The notes under the pieces are model-generated. The model was not told the DNA's origin, searched no databases, and saw only the letters and a list, made by a program, of their open reading frames with translations. Below, piece by piece: positions 1 through 8,245 of a stretch of DNA of 64,000 bases. This DNA is from an uncultured Actinomycetota bacterium (GTDB lineage: Bacteria; Actinomycetota; Acidimicrobiia; Acidimicrobiales; Bog-793). The DNA lies in assembly GCA_963735115.1 (NCBI GenBank), contig CAVTJR010000003.1, forward strand, positions 1,096,641 to 1,160,640. The letters run 5' to 3'. The translations under genes were made by a program, and so were the position numbers. Positions within the stretch are counted from its first letter, which is position 1. Each line of letters opens with the position of its first letter.

Positions 1-27
1 GACCGAACCGCGCCCGTCTTCGCTCCC

Positions 28-273
28 ATGACCGAGCAAGACGCCGTTGTCGACATCCTCGCGCGAGAGACGGCCCTGAGCGCCTCGGATTTGTCGAGCG
101 AGTGGTCACTCATCGATCTCGGCGTGACCTCGTTCGTGATCGTGCGCGTCCTCGTCGCCTTCGAGGACCATTTCGAGACGGAATTCTCCGTCGAGCAGAT
201 GGAGGAAGTCGTGAGCACTCCGGTGGCTCAGCTGCCGGAGTTCGTCCGACGAGCGCTCGCAGTCGGGAGCTGA
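28..273 (+). CDS. stand-alone carrier protein (PCP/ACP-like)
   Basis: 81-aa ORF with a carrier-protein helix pattern. Candidate phosphopantetheine serine in LIDLGVTSF. Stop lies 3 nt before the adenylase start. Confidence 0.7.
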   Translation: MTEQDAVVDILARETALSASDLSSEWSLIDLGVTSFVIVRVLVAFEDHFETEFSVEQMEEVVSTPVAQLPEFVRRALAVGS

Positions 274-276
274 GCA

Positions 277-1821
277 GTGGACGTCCTCGAGCTGATCCTG
301 GATCGTGCGCGCACCAGCCCCGATCGTCCCGCCGCAAAGGACCGTTCGAGCGATATCACCTACGGCGAGCTGGAGCAGGCGGTCGCCGAGCTCGCGAGCG
401 GACTCGGCGAACAGGGTGTCCGGGAAGGCGATCGCGTGTGTCTCCACCTCCCGAATTCAGTCGAGTTCCTGGTGGCGGCGCTCGCCTGTATGTGGGTGGG
501 GGCGATCTTCGTGCCGCTGGCGACGACGGATCCGGCGCCCCGCCGGCGCGCCGTCGTCGAGAACTGCGAGCCGGCGCTCGTGCTCGCCGACGCCGAGATG
601 CTGTCGGTTGCAGAGCGCGATGGCGAGCGGCTCTACGAGGGACGCCTGGTCCTTCCCGTAACTGCCGTCAACCGACCTGCCGGTGCGGCGCCGGCCCGGG
701 CGGACGACGACGACCGGCCGGCGTACTGCATCTATACGTCGGGCACGACGGCTTTGCCGAAGGGGGTGCTCATCGGGCATCGCTCTTTTCTCTGCGCGGT
801 TCTCGCCGCCGCCGAGCTGCTCGAGCTCGACGAGACGACTCGTTCCCTCTGCGTCTCGTCGTTTCACTTCGACGGTTCCTACGGCACCTTGTTCCCCACA
901 CCCGTCGCTGGGGGGTCGCTCGTGATCCCGCGACGCGAGGCCTTGATGCTCCCGCGGCTCTTCTTCAGGACGGTGGCGGACGAGCAGGTGACTCATACGA
1001 GCATGTCCCCGACTTACCTCCGGCTCCTGCTGCCCAGCCGCCACCTGCCCGAGCTGGCCCGGACGCCGCTTCGTACCATGGCCTTCGGCGGGGACGCCCT
1101 CTTCGCCGACGATCTCGAGCGGCTCTGGGCTTCGGTGCCCAGCCTTCGCGTCTTCAACCGCTACGGGCCGACCGAGACCACGATCGCCGTGACCACGCAC
1201 GAGCTGACGCCGGAGATTGTGGCTCTCGGGGATCCGCTGCCCATCGGTCGGCCACACGCAGGCGTCACCTTCTGGCTCGTCGACGACGAGGGCAAGATCA
1301 TCGACCGCCCGGGCGACGTGGGCGAGCTCTACATCGGCGGCAATCATCTCATGATCGGGTACTGGCGCGAACCGGCACTCATGAGCGAGGTGATGCGCAC
1401 CGACGTCGTGCCGGGAGAGACGGTCTACCGGACCCGCGACCTGGTGTTTCGCGATGACTCAGGTAGCTATCACTACGTCGACAGGTCGGATCGAGTGGTG
1501 AAGCGCAGCGGCATGCGCATCTCCCTTGTCGAGATCACCGCCTCCTTGACGAGCCTGAGCAGCATCTCGAAGGCGCACTGCGTGGCCTACGACAAAGACG
1601 GTGGAGTCGGCATCGCGGCTTTTGTCGTGCCGATCGTCGCCATCACCGGCCCGGAGCTTCGCCATGCAGCCCGCGACCGCCTGCCGGCGACGATGCTGCC
1701 GGACGTCATCGAAGTCGTGGCCGACTTCCCCCTCACCGGCTCCAACAAGGTGGACGAGCGGGCGATGCTGCAAGCCGCCGGGTTGCAGGAGTTGGGCAAG
1801 GAGGGACTCCGGTCCGGCTGA
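277..1821 (+). CDS. stand-alone NRPS-type adenylation enzyme (ANL superfamily)
   Basis: Core motifs: A3 YTSGTTALPKGV, A4 FHFDGS, A5 NRYGPTETT, A7 YRTRDL, A8 YVDRSDRVVKRSGMRISLVEI, A10 PLTGSNKVD. Confidence 0.9.
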   Translation: MDVLELILDRARTSPDRPAAKDRSSDITYGELEQAVAELASGLGEQGVREGDRVCLHLPNSVEFLVAALACMWVGAIFVPLATTDPAPRRRAVVENCEPALVLADAEMLSVAERDGERLYEGRLVLPVTAVNRPAGAAPARADDDDRPAYCIYTSGTTALPKGVLIGHRSFLCAVLAAAELLELDETTRSLCVSSFHFDGSYGTLFPTPVAGGSLVIPRREALMLPRLFFRTVADEQVTHTSMSPTYLRLLLPSRHLPELARTPLRTMAFGGDALFADDLERLWASVPSLRVFNRYGPTETTIAVTTHELTPEIVALGDPLPIGRPHAGVTFWLVDDEGKIIDRPGDVGELYIGGNHLMIGYWREPALMSEVMRTDVVPGETVYRTRDLVFRDDSGSYHYVDRSDRVVKRSGMRISLVEITASLTSLSSISKAHCVAYDKDGGVGIAAFVVPIVAITGPELRHAARDRLPATMLPDVIEVVADFPLTGSNKVDERAMLQAAGLQELGKEGLRSG

Positions 1822-1870
1822 GGGCGCTGTCTGCGGCCCGTTGTCGCGGGTCGCGAAACCGCCGGCCGCA

Positions 1871-3682
1871 TCAGCGGAGAAAGTGCCGGCTGGCGTAGTC
1901 GACGATCAAGTCGGACACCTCGTCTCGATCCCTCGGATGGCGTAGGGCGTGATCGAGGGCGGAGATCATCTCGAGCTGCAGCTCTCCTGCGTTGGCGGAT
2001 CGCAGGCGAGGGTGGTCTGCCGCGTGCCGGAAGGGTCGTATCTCCTCAGAGCCGCAGATCAACAGCACGTTCGATCCAGCTAACACGAGGTCCGCCAGGT
2101 GCTCGCTCGGGCCGCTTTTCGGGCCTCCTGGGCGGGTTCCCAAACGCCACACAAGTGTGCGGTAGGGCCGGCCGAGTCGATCGAGGGCCGAGCGGATGCT
2201 TCGCCGCGCCCTCACCGTGGCCATCGGGTAGCGGGTGCCGATCCACCGGACGAGCGGAACCTGCTCCTCGAGCCATCGAATCGATGTCACTTTGTTCGTC
2301 GCCGTTGCGAGATGCGGTTCCGGGAGGAAGAACTTGCGTCGCGGATCGGCCGCACCGCCGTGCTCCATCTCCGGCGCCGGGAACGACACAGCCGGGTTCA
2401 GCGCGCAGACGCCCCGCGGCGACAGGATGGCCGCGGCCTCGAGTACGTGGTAGCCGCTCGAGCACAAGCCGAAGAGCACGACGTTCGAGGGTGCCTCTGG
2501 CGAGAGGGCGCGGGCGACGTCAACGACATCCTCGATCGCCGAGTAGGGGTAGACCCGCGGGGGCGTCGAGCCCCTCGGAGGGCTGTCGCCGACGCCGCTG
2601 AGATCCATGCGAACGCACCGGAGCCCCGCGGTGGCAAGGCGACGGCTGAGGTCGACCCAGAGTCGTCCGGGGCCGATGCGATGCTCGTTGGCGACGTTGA
2701 CGAACAGACACACCGGGCCGGTTGCGCCCTCCTTCGGCTCGGTCGATATCGAGAACAGCCCGAAGGGCCCGAGACGCACAGCACGCTCGACGACCGGCGT
2801 CGGCAGTCGGTCGCCGCTCTCGGACGCAGCCGCCCGATTGTGGCGCAAGGTGACGGCCACCTCGGCAGGCCGCGGCAGGGTGACCGAATGGCGGTCCTTT
2901 GGCATGACGTCGTCGATCCAGTCGACGATGGTTGCCAAGGCGCCGGCCGGCACGACCTGGAGCGGCGTTGGCATATCGAGGAGGTCGTCTTGGCCTGCCA
3001 CCTTGCGGTGCTCCACGTTCGGCAGGACGAGGCGGTCCACGAGGGTGCGCTCGGCCGGGTGGTCGACTCGAGTGAGCAGGAGCACCCGCTCCGCCAGAGT
3101 CGCCGTCGTCTCGTCGAATTCGAGCAGCGAGAGCTCACGCAGGATCTCTGGCGGGAGGAGGAAACCCGGAATGTCGTCTGGGGAGATGTTCGATTTACCC
3201 GCAACCTGGATGCGCAGGCTCAGCATGCGTTGCTCTCGAACGAACGACCGTCCGCTCGCGCACGGGTCCCACATGACGAGGGCTTCGAATGGTTCGAGGG
3301 CGCTGGTGAGTCCGGCAAGGAGGGCGCCGACGCGCATGCCCACGAGAGCGATGCGGGTCGCTCCCAACCCTCGCACGAAGTCAACGGCGTGGCGCACGTC
3401 ATCGAGCAACCCGATCGTGGCGTCCTGCTGATCGGTCCGGTCGAACGAGTCACCCGTCGAGCGGTAGTCGAAGCGGAGAGCGAGCAAGCCGGCGTCTGCG
3501 AGACTCCCGGCCAGGCGAGCGAATGTGGAGTATGCGCTCGTGTGCTCCCTGCCAAGCGGCGGGCAGAGAACGACGGCGCCGCGAACCTCGGCGCTGTTGG
3601 TATTGATGAGCCCGAACAGCGGTGATTCCTCCGGGCCGAACCAGGCCGACAGCGGCTGGTCAGGCGGGCGCTCGGACTTCAT
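1871..3682 (-). CDS. fused double alpha/beta-hydrolase-fold protein (N-half elbow GMRVG, C-half elbow GLCSS)
   Basis: 603 aa in two homologous halves (..LRFDYRSTGDS.. and ..VRMDLSGVGDS..). Nucleophile-elbow positions read directly from the translation. Lies 12 nt downstream of the ATP-grasp gene. Confidence 0.7.
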   Translation of the reverse strand: MKSERPPDQPLSAWFGPEESPLFGLINTNSAEVRGAVVLCPPLGREHTSAYSTFARLAGSLADAGLLALRFDYRSTGDSFDRTDQQDATIGLLDDVRHAVDFVRGLGATRIALVGMRVGALLAGLTSALEPFEALVMWDPCASGRSFVREQRMLSLRIQVAGKSNISPDDIPGFLLPPEILRELSLLEFDETTATLAERVLLLTRVDHPAERTLVDRLVLPNVEHRKVAGQDDLLDMPTPLQVVPAGALATIVDWIDDVMPKDRHSVTLPRPAEVAVTLRHNRAAASESGDRLPTPVVERAVRLGPFGLFSISTEPKEGATGPVCLFVNVANEHRIGPGRLWVDLSRRLATAGLRCVRMDLSGVGDSPPRGSTPPRVYPYSAIEDVVDVARALSPEAPSNVVLFGLCSSGYHVLEAAAILSPRGVCALNPAVSFPAPEMEHGGAADPRRKFFLPEPHLATATNKVTSIRWLEEQVPLVRWIGTRYPMATVRARRSIRSALDRLGRPYRTLVWRLGTRPGGPKSGPSEHLADLVLAGSNVLLICGSEEIRPFRHAADHPRLRSANAGELQLEMISALDHALRHPRDRDEVSDLIVDYASRHFLR

Positions 3683-3694
3683 ATTCGCCTGACG

Positions 3695-4972
3695 CTACTC
3701 ATAGACGACCGAGACCTCCTCACGCAGGCGTCGATCGAGAGCCCGAAGCTCCGCGACGTCGTCCACGGTGCCCTCGGCGGCAAAGACGAAGTCTCGATAG
3801 CCCTTGCGCCAATCGACCGACTGGCCAGGGCCGCGGTTGAGCAGCAGGTGCTCCACGCCCGGAAACGTCGCAGCCTCGTCGAATCCCTGCAGGCTGAGGA
3901 CACGGTGAGCGGACATGGGGGCCTGGATCACGGATCGAAACACGACTCGATCCATCTGCAGCAGCCTCTCGTGGGGAAGCTGCTCACCGAGTGCCAGTCG
4001 ACACCCCACATCGTAGAGGTCGAGCTTGCTCAGACGCCCGATCATCTCCGGTATTCCGCCGCCTGGTCGTCCGTTCACCTCGATGAGGCGAGGGCCGCTC
4101 GGCGCCAGCTTGATCTCCGTGTGCAGGCAGCCGCTTTCTATCTCGAGTGCCCTGGCTGCATCGACCGCCAGTTGGAGAACGGCGGCTCCATCCTCGTCGG
4201 AGAGCTCTGCCGGCATGAAATTGCCGGTCTCGCGAAACGGCTCGACGAAGCGGAAACGCCCCGTCATGGCGACGTTGCTCACGCGCCCGCCGCTCACGTA
4301 GCTCTCGACCGAGACGACTGGGGCGATCTGCTCGTCTCGTGACGGAGCTGCCGGTATGAACTCCTCCACCAGCATGGCTTCGCCGATCCCGTCTCGAGAG
4401 AGCTGCGACAGCGCCTCGAGGAGATGAGGGAACGACGGCACCGAGACGACGTTTTCGCTGCCCGTTCCGTGCCGTGGCTTGAGCACCGCCGGGAAGGAGA
4501 TGCGGCTCTCGATGTCGGCCAGGGCAGCGCCGTCGCCCGCCGGGGGAACCTCGGCGTAGCGAGGGACGGCAACGCCGCCTTGGTGGAGGGCGCGCCGCTG
4601 CACGAATTTGTCGACGAGCCGCTCCGCCACCTTCGGGGTATGAAAGGGCAGCTCGAGCTCCGCGGCGATCTCCGCCAGCCTGAGCATGCCGGCGTCCTGG
4701 AAGGTCACGATGCCGTCGGGTCTGTGGCGTCTGATGGCGGTGGCTGCCTGCGAAGTAGGCAGGCCTTCCAGGTGAACGACGTCCCCGAGCTTGCGCAGCA
4801 TCGCCGCGTGCACGGCGGCGACGTGGCGGTGCACCGGAGGGGTGGAATCGACCAGCCAGAGCAGCTCGTACCGCCCGGCCGCGAGGGGTGCGAGCGCCAT
4901 GGGGGACAGCTCCAACGGACTCGTCAGCACGGCCATGAGCGGCCGGCTGCGCTGCGGGCGAGCGGGCATCAT
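3695..4972 (-). CDS. ATP-grasp enzyme, L-amino-acid-ligase-like
   Basis: ATP-grasp hallmarks LVEEFI and HTEIKLAPSGPRLIEVNGRPGGG. ORF is open to 5203, but the first ~77 codons have poor third-position GC. Start placed at ATGATG 4972/4969; 4936 is an alternative. Confidence 0.75.
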   Translation of the reverse strand: MMPARPQRSRPLMAVLTSPLELSPMALAPLAAGRYELLWLVDSTPPVHRHVAAVHAAMLRKLGDVVHLEGLPTSQAATAIRRHRPDGIVTFQDAGMLRLAEIAAELELPFHTPKVAERLVDKFVQRRALHQGGVAVPRYAEVPPAGDGAALADIESRISFPAVLKPRHGTGSENVVSVPSFPHLLEALSQLSRDGIGEAMLVEEFIPAAPSRDEQIAPVVSVESYVSGGRVSNVAMTGRFRFVEPFRETGNFMPAELSDEDGAAVLQLAVDAARALEIESGCLHTEIKLAPSGPRLIEVNGRPGGGIPEMIGRLSKLDLYDVGCRLALGEQLPHERLLQMDRVVFRSVIQAPMSAHRVLSLQGFDEAATFPGVEHLLLNRGPGQSVDWRKGYRDFVFAAEGTVDDVAELRALDRRLREEVSVVYE

Positions 4973-5165
4973 CGCAGGTCCTGGCCGAAGGTTGCGGCCG
5001 TATCCGCCGACACGCCCGTCCGCCCGGGAGTCAGAGTCGCCTCGCCTGGGTGGCAAGGCAGCACCCTCAGGAGCGAGTCCAGCGGGCCGTGAAGTCACCC
5101 TCACCTCGGTGGCGCTTCCAGCACTCGGGCGGAGCCGGCTCCCACCCCCCGACTCACTTCGCGAG

Positions 5166-6941
5166 TCATCCGAGCAGCTCCTCGACGCAGCGTTGAGCGT
5201 CAAGGAAGACGCGTAGTCTGCTCTTCGGCGAGGGGAGATAGTGCGTGAAGTACCGCACGCCCTCCGTCAGCGCTCCCAGCAGGGAAAGATGCTGCTGCAC
5301 GCGCCCGTCTCGGTCGATGGGGTGGAAGTCCCTCGTGAGGGCCACGCTGCCGACGGGGGTGTCACCGTACTTGAACTGCTGCAGCCGTCCCTGCTGATAC
5401 AGGTTCGTCAGCAGCGGCGATGAGGAGCGATGCAGGGTCGGGTCCTCAAGATACCCCTGTACCAGCACGTCCACCGGTGCGGAGAAGGGCGTGTCGAGCT
5501 CCCTCGAACGGACCGTCCGACCGGAGTGTGACGTCGTCAGTCGAGGAGCAGGGCCGAAGGGGGCTTTCACGACCCCTGCGTCCATCAGCGCCAGCAGCTG
5601 CTGGGAGCGGATCGCCGGAGGTCCCGCCACGAGGCGGCTCACCTTGGAGCGGATGTTCGACTGGAAGTCGAGGTACGACTCGAGCGAGAGCCCGCCGAAC
5701 TCGATGACGGTTCGCATGGCGTCGCGCTGGAAGCGGAGCACCTCAGAAGCGGCCTTGACGGCGCTCGCCGGACCCTTCAGCGCCTCGTCCAGGTCCGTTT
5801 CGACCATGGCGTACACGCGGTCCTGGTAGTCCGTCGCCGACACGAAGCTGTCCTCGGGAGCGAAGAAATTTCGGCTGGCGTCGAACGAGCCGTAGCGCGC
5901 CGCGTAAGGCGCCACGACCGACTCGAAGTCGTTGATCGAGGACTGCTCCAGCCGGGCACGCACCTCTTTGGCGGCGTCCGGGCCTGCGGCCAGAGCAGCC
6001 GAGTGCAGGTAGTACCGGGCCTGCATCTCTGCGAAGATGAGGGGAAGCATCGTCGTCCGGAGATCGACGCGGCCGGCATCGGCCCGAATGGCGGCGACGG
6101 CCTCCTCGGTGCAGATGACCGAGGCATAGTCGTCGGTCTCGTCCAGAGCTTCGACGGCCTTGGCACAGTATGGGAATCCGCTTCGTGAGAACACGTAGAT
6201 GCGCGGCTCACGTCCGCTCGCCCGGTATCGCAAGCGATCGCCGCGCGGCACGAAGGAGCCGCCGTTGCCGAGCGTGAGCGCCGTGATGGCGTCAGTGGCA
6301 ACAAGGCCCATACCGACGATGCCGACAGAGGCGGTCGAGGGGATGGCGTCGACGTAGGGCGTGACGGGATACGGCCTCACCAGGTGCTCGGGATGATCGA
6401 GGTTGCCCGTGTGACCGGTCGTGAGGATGACGTGGTTGACGGCAAGGACCTCGCCGGTGTTGAGATACACGTGCTCGAGTCCGTCCGGTTGGCTGACGAT
6501 GTCGACGGCGAGCGCTCGGTGCGGGACGATCTCGAGCGGCCACGGCGCGTCCTCCACGAGCGTTTCGAAGAACCATTGCAGGTAAGCCCCGAGGACGCGC
6601 CGAGGCAGGTAGTCGTGGGGCGTGACCTCGCGTCCCGAGCGCGAGACGCGGCAACTGTCGCCGTTCCAGCGGTAGCCGACCTGCTTCGTCCATTCGTACA
6701 GGCCGACGCCGTAGCGGGGGGAGGCTCCCTCGTCGTCCCACGGGTAGAGCGAGAGCTGGCCGCACGGCGTGTTCAGGAGGAGGTACTCGGGCTCGTCCAA
6801 GGCGTACACGCCGGGTCCGGCCGTGCCGACCTCTACGACATGGACTCGAGTCGGGCACCGCTCAGTGCGAACAGCGTCCGCCAGACGCTCCAGCACGCAC
6901 AGCCCCCAGGCGCCGGCTCCGACGAGCGCGACCTCATTCAT
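5166..6941 (-). CDS. FAD/NAD(P)-binding oxidoreductase (YdhS/NAD_binding_9-like)
   Basis: Start placed at MNEVALVGAGAWGLCVLERL (GxGxxG dinucleotide fold). ORF is open to 7052, but that extension covers a structured intergenic hairpin. Confidence 0.7.
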   Translation of the reverse strand: MNEVALVGAGAWGLCVLERLADAVRTERCPTRVHVVEVGTAGPGVYALDEPEYLLLNTPCGQLSLYPWDDEGASPRYGVGLYEWTKQVGYRWNGDSCRVSRSGREVTPHDYLPRRVLGAYLQWFFETLVEDAPWPLEIVPHRALAVDIVSQPDGLEHVYLNTGEVLAVNHVILTTGHTGNLDHPEHLVRPYPVTPYVDAIPSTASVGIVGMGLVATDAITALTLGNGGSFVPRGDRLRYRASGREPRIYVFSRSGFPYCAKAVEALDETDDYASVICTEEAVAAIRADAGRVDLRTTMLPLIFAEMQARYYLHSAALAAGPDAAKEVRARLEQSSINDFESVVAPYAARYGSFDASRNFFAPEDSFVSATDYQDRVYAMVETDLDEALKGPASAVKAASEVLRFQRDAMRTVIEFGGLSLESYLDFQSNIRSKVSRLVAGPPAIRSQQLLALMDAGVVKAPFGPAPRLTTSHSGRTVRSRELDTPFSAPVDVLVQGYLEDPTLHRSSSPLLTNLYQQGRLQQFKYGDTPVGSVALTRDFHPIDRDGRVQQHLSLLGALTEGVRYFTHYLPSPKSRLRVFLDAQRCVEELLG

Positions 6942-6997
6942 GGTGCGCAATGGCCTGACCGCTCGTGTGCTCCCCGCCGACCCACTCTTATACGCTA

Positions 6998-7062
6998 CCG
7001 CCACGGGGCTCTGCCCATTTTCAAGTGGGCAGCGTGGCGGTGTTTCAGGCATCGCAGATGCC
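6998..7062. other. interrupted 15-bp hairpin (6998-7040) plus 6-bp hairpin (7048-7062) in the divergent intergenic region
   Basis: CCGCCACG/CGTGGCGG outer stem and CTGCCCA/TGGGCAG inner stem with a 5-nt bulge. Second hairpin is GGCATC-gca-GATGCC. Read directly from the sequence. Confidence 0.5.
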
Positions 7063-7132
7063 AGGGAGACTGCTCGTGAGCCACGCGAGGGGTCGGATCG
7101 AGGGTTGAATCAACAGGGTCACGCGGCTCTCT

Positions 7133-8245
7133 ATGCTGGTCACGGGTCCCACTCGTTCAGTGGAGGTGTTACATCCCAGTCTTTATCGACTCGGCGGAGC
7201 CCAGGTCGTCCCAAGCGAACGGCACGGGGGGAGCGCGCGTGGTCGCGGCGGCGGTCAGCCGGCGCTCGAGATCGCGATCGTCAACAACATGCCTGACGCC
7301 GCCTTTGCTGACACTGAAGATCAGTTCACGACCTTGCTCAACGAAGCCGCCGGTCATCTCGAGCTGCGCGTCGGGCTCTATAGCCTGCCCGGGCTACGGC
7401 GCAACGAGGGCACCGCGAGTTACATCGCGGCGAACTATCGAAGCATCGAGCAGCTGTTCGACCGGCGAGTCGACGCCGCCATCGTGACGGGGACCGAGCC
7501 GCTCGCCGGGCGCCTGCCGGACGAGCCCTATTGGGCTGCTTTGACGGAGCTGATCAGTTGGGCAGAGGTATCGACCACCTCTACCGTCTTGTCCTGCTTG
7601 GCAGCTCACGCTGCGGTTCTGCTCTTCGACGGTATCGAGCGGGAGCGACTTCCGCAGAAGTGCTCCGGTGTCTTCGCTCATGAGTCGCTCACGTCGCACC
7701 CTCTCGTCGAGGGCCTGCGTGGACCTGTATTCGTGCCCCACTCGCGCCTCAACGACGTCCCGGGTCACCACCTGTCGGACGGCTATGCAAGCTTGCTCGG
7801 ATCACCCGAGATCAGCTGGACCGTGTTGGCACGGGAGAGCGGCAATTGCCTGTTCATGTTCGTGCAGGGCCACCCCGAGTACTGGACGACGAGCCTGTTG
7901 CGGGAGTACAAGCGCGATTTACAGCGCTACCTCCGAGGCGAGCGTGACTCGTCGCCCCCCGTCCCGCTCCATTACCTCGACGAAGAAGGAGAGCGCCTGC
8001 TCACTCGATTCGCCACCGAGGCACGGGCGCGTCCCTCGTCGGCGGACCCGATGGCGGGCTTCCCTTTCGATGAGGTCAAGGAACGCGTGGTAAATACGTG
8101 GCGGCCCCACGGGGCGCGCTTGTACAAGAACTGGATCCAGGAGATCCTGCGGCGGAGGCAGGACGGCCCCCCAGGCAACGGCGAGGCGCCGGCGCCGGAT
8201 CGGGCCGTCGACGAGCAAGGAACGAGGTCTGTTGGTGCGGGATGA
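7133..8245 (+). CDS. metA: MetA-family homoserine O-acyltransferase
   Basis: IAIVNNMPD (cf. ILNLMPKK), IVTGTEPL, catalytic-Cys region VLSCLAAHAA, HSRLND, GHPEYW. N-terminal ~45 aa and exact start are uncertain. Confidence 0.8.
   Translation: MLVTGPTRSVEVLHPSLYRLGGAQVVPSERHGGSARGRGGGQPALEIAIVNNMPDAAFADTEDQFTTLLNEAAGHLELRVGLYSLPGLRRNEGTASYIAANYRSIEQLFDRRVDAAIVTGTEPLAGRLPDEPYWAALTELISWAEVSTTSTVLSCLAAHAAVLLFDGIERERLPQKCSGVFAHESLTSHPLVEGLRGPVFVPHSRLNDVPGHHLSDGYASLLGSPEISWTVLARESGNCLFMFVQGHPEYWTTSLLREYKRDLQRYLRGERDSSPPVPLHYLDEEGERLLTRFATEARARPSSADPMAGFPFDEVKERVVNTWRPHGARLYKNWIQEILRRRQDGPPGNGEAPAPDRAVDEQGTRSVGAG

Noticed and set aside
102-1457. 451-aa ORF overlapping the adenylase gene in another frame. 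Similar long ORFs occur at 457-1347, 2099-3625, 8076-9641, 15410-16426, 17273-18736, 21885-23618, 38169-39497, 53539-54978 and 60697-62037.
   Set aside because: They are Arg/Pro/Gly-rich with no motifs, and they overlap ORFs that carry clear family signatures. They are typical stop-codon-poor shadow frames of high-GC DNA.
4973-5165. Graspetide-type precursor peptide upstream of the ATP-grasp gene (open frame MTLNAASRSCSDDSRSESGG...)
   Set aside because: Third-position GC is clearly lower than in the surrounding genes. There is no RBS and no Thr/Ser-Asp/Glu core repeat. The ATP-grasp also looks like an L-amino-acid ligase rather than a macrocyclase.
6942-7132. SAM riboswitch (S-box, SAM-IV, SAM-II or SAM-VI) upstream of metA/metY
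   Set aside because: I could not find the conserved cores I remember for these classes (for example GGCAACC plus GGUGC..AA.UCC for SAM-I/IV). Only generic hairpins are present. A covariance-model scan is needed for a definitive answer.
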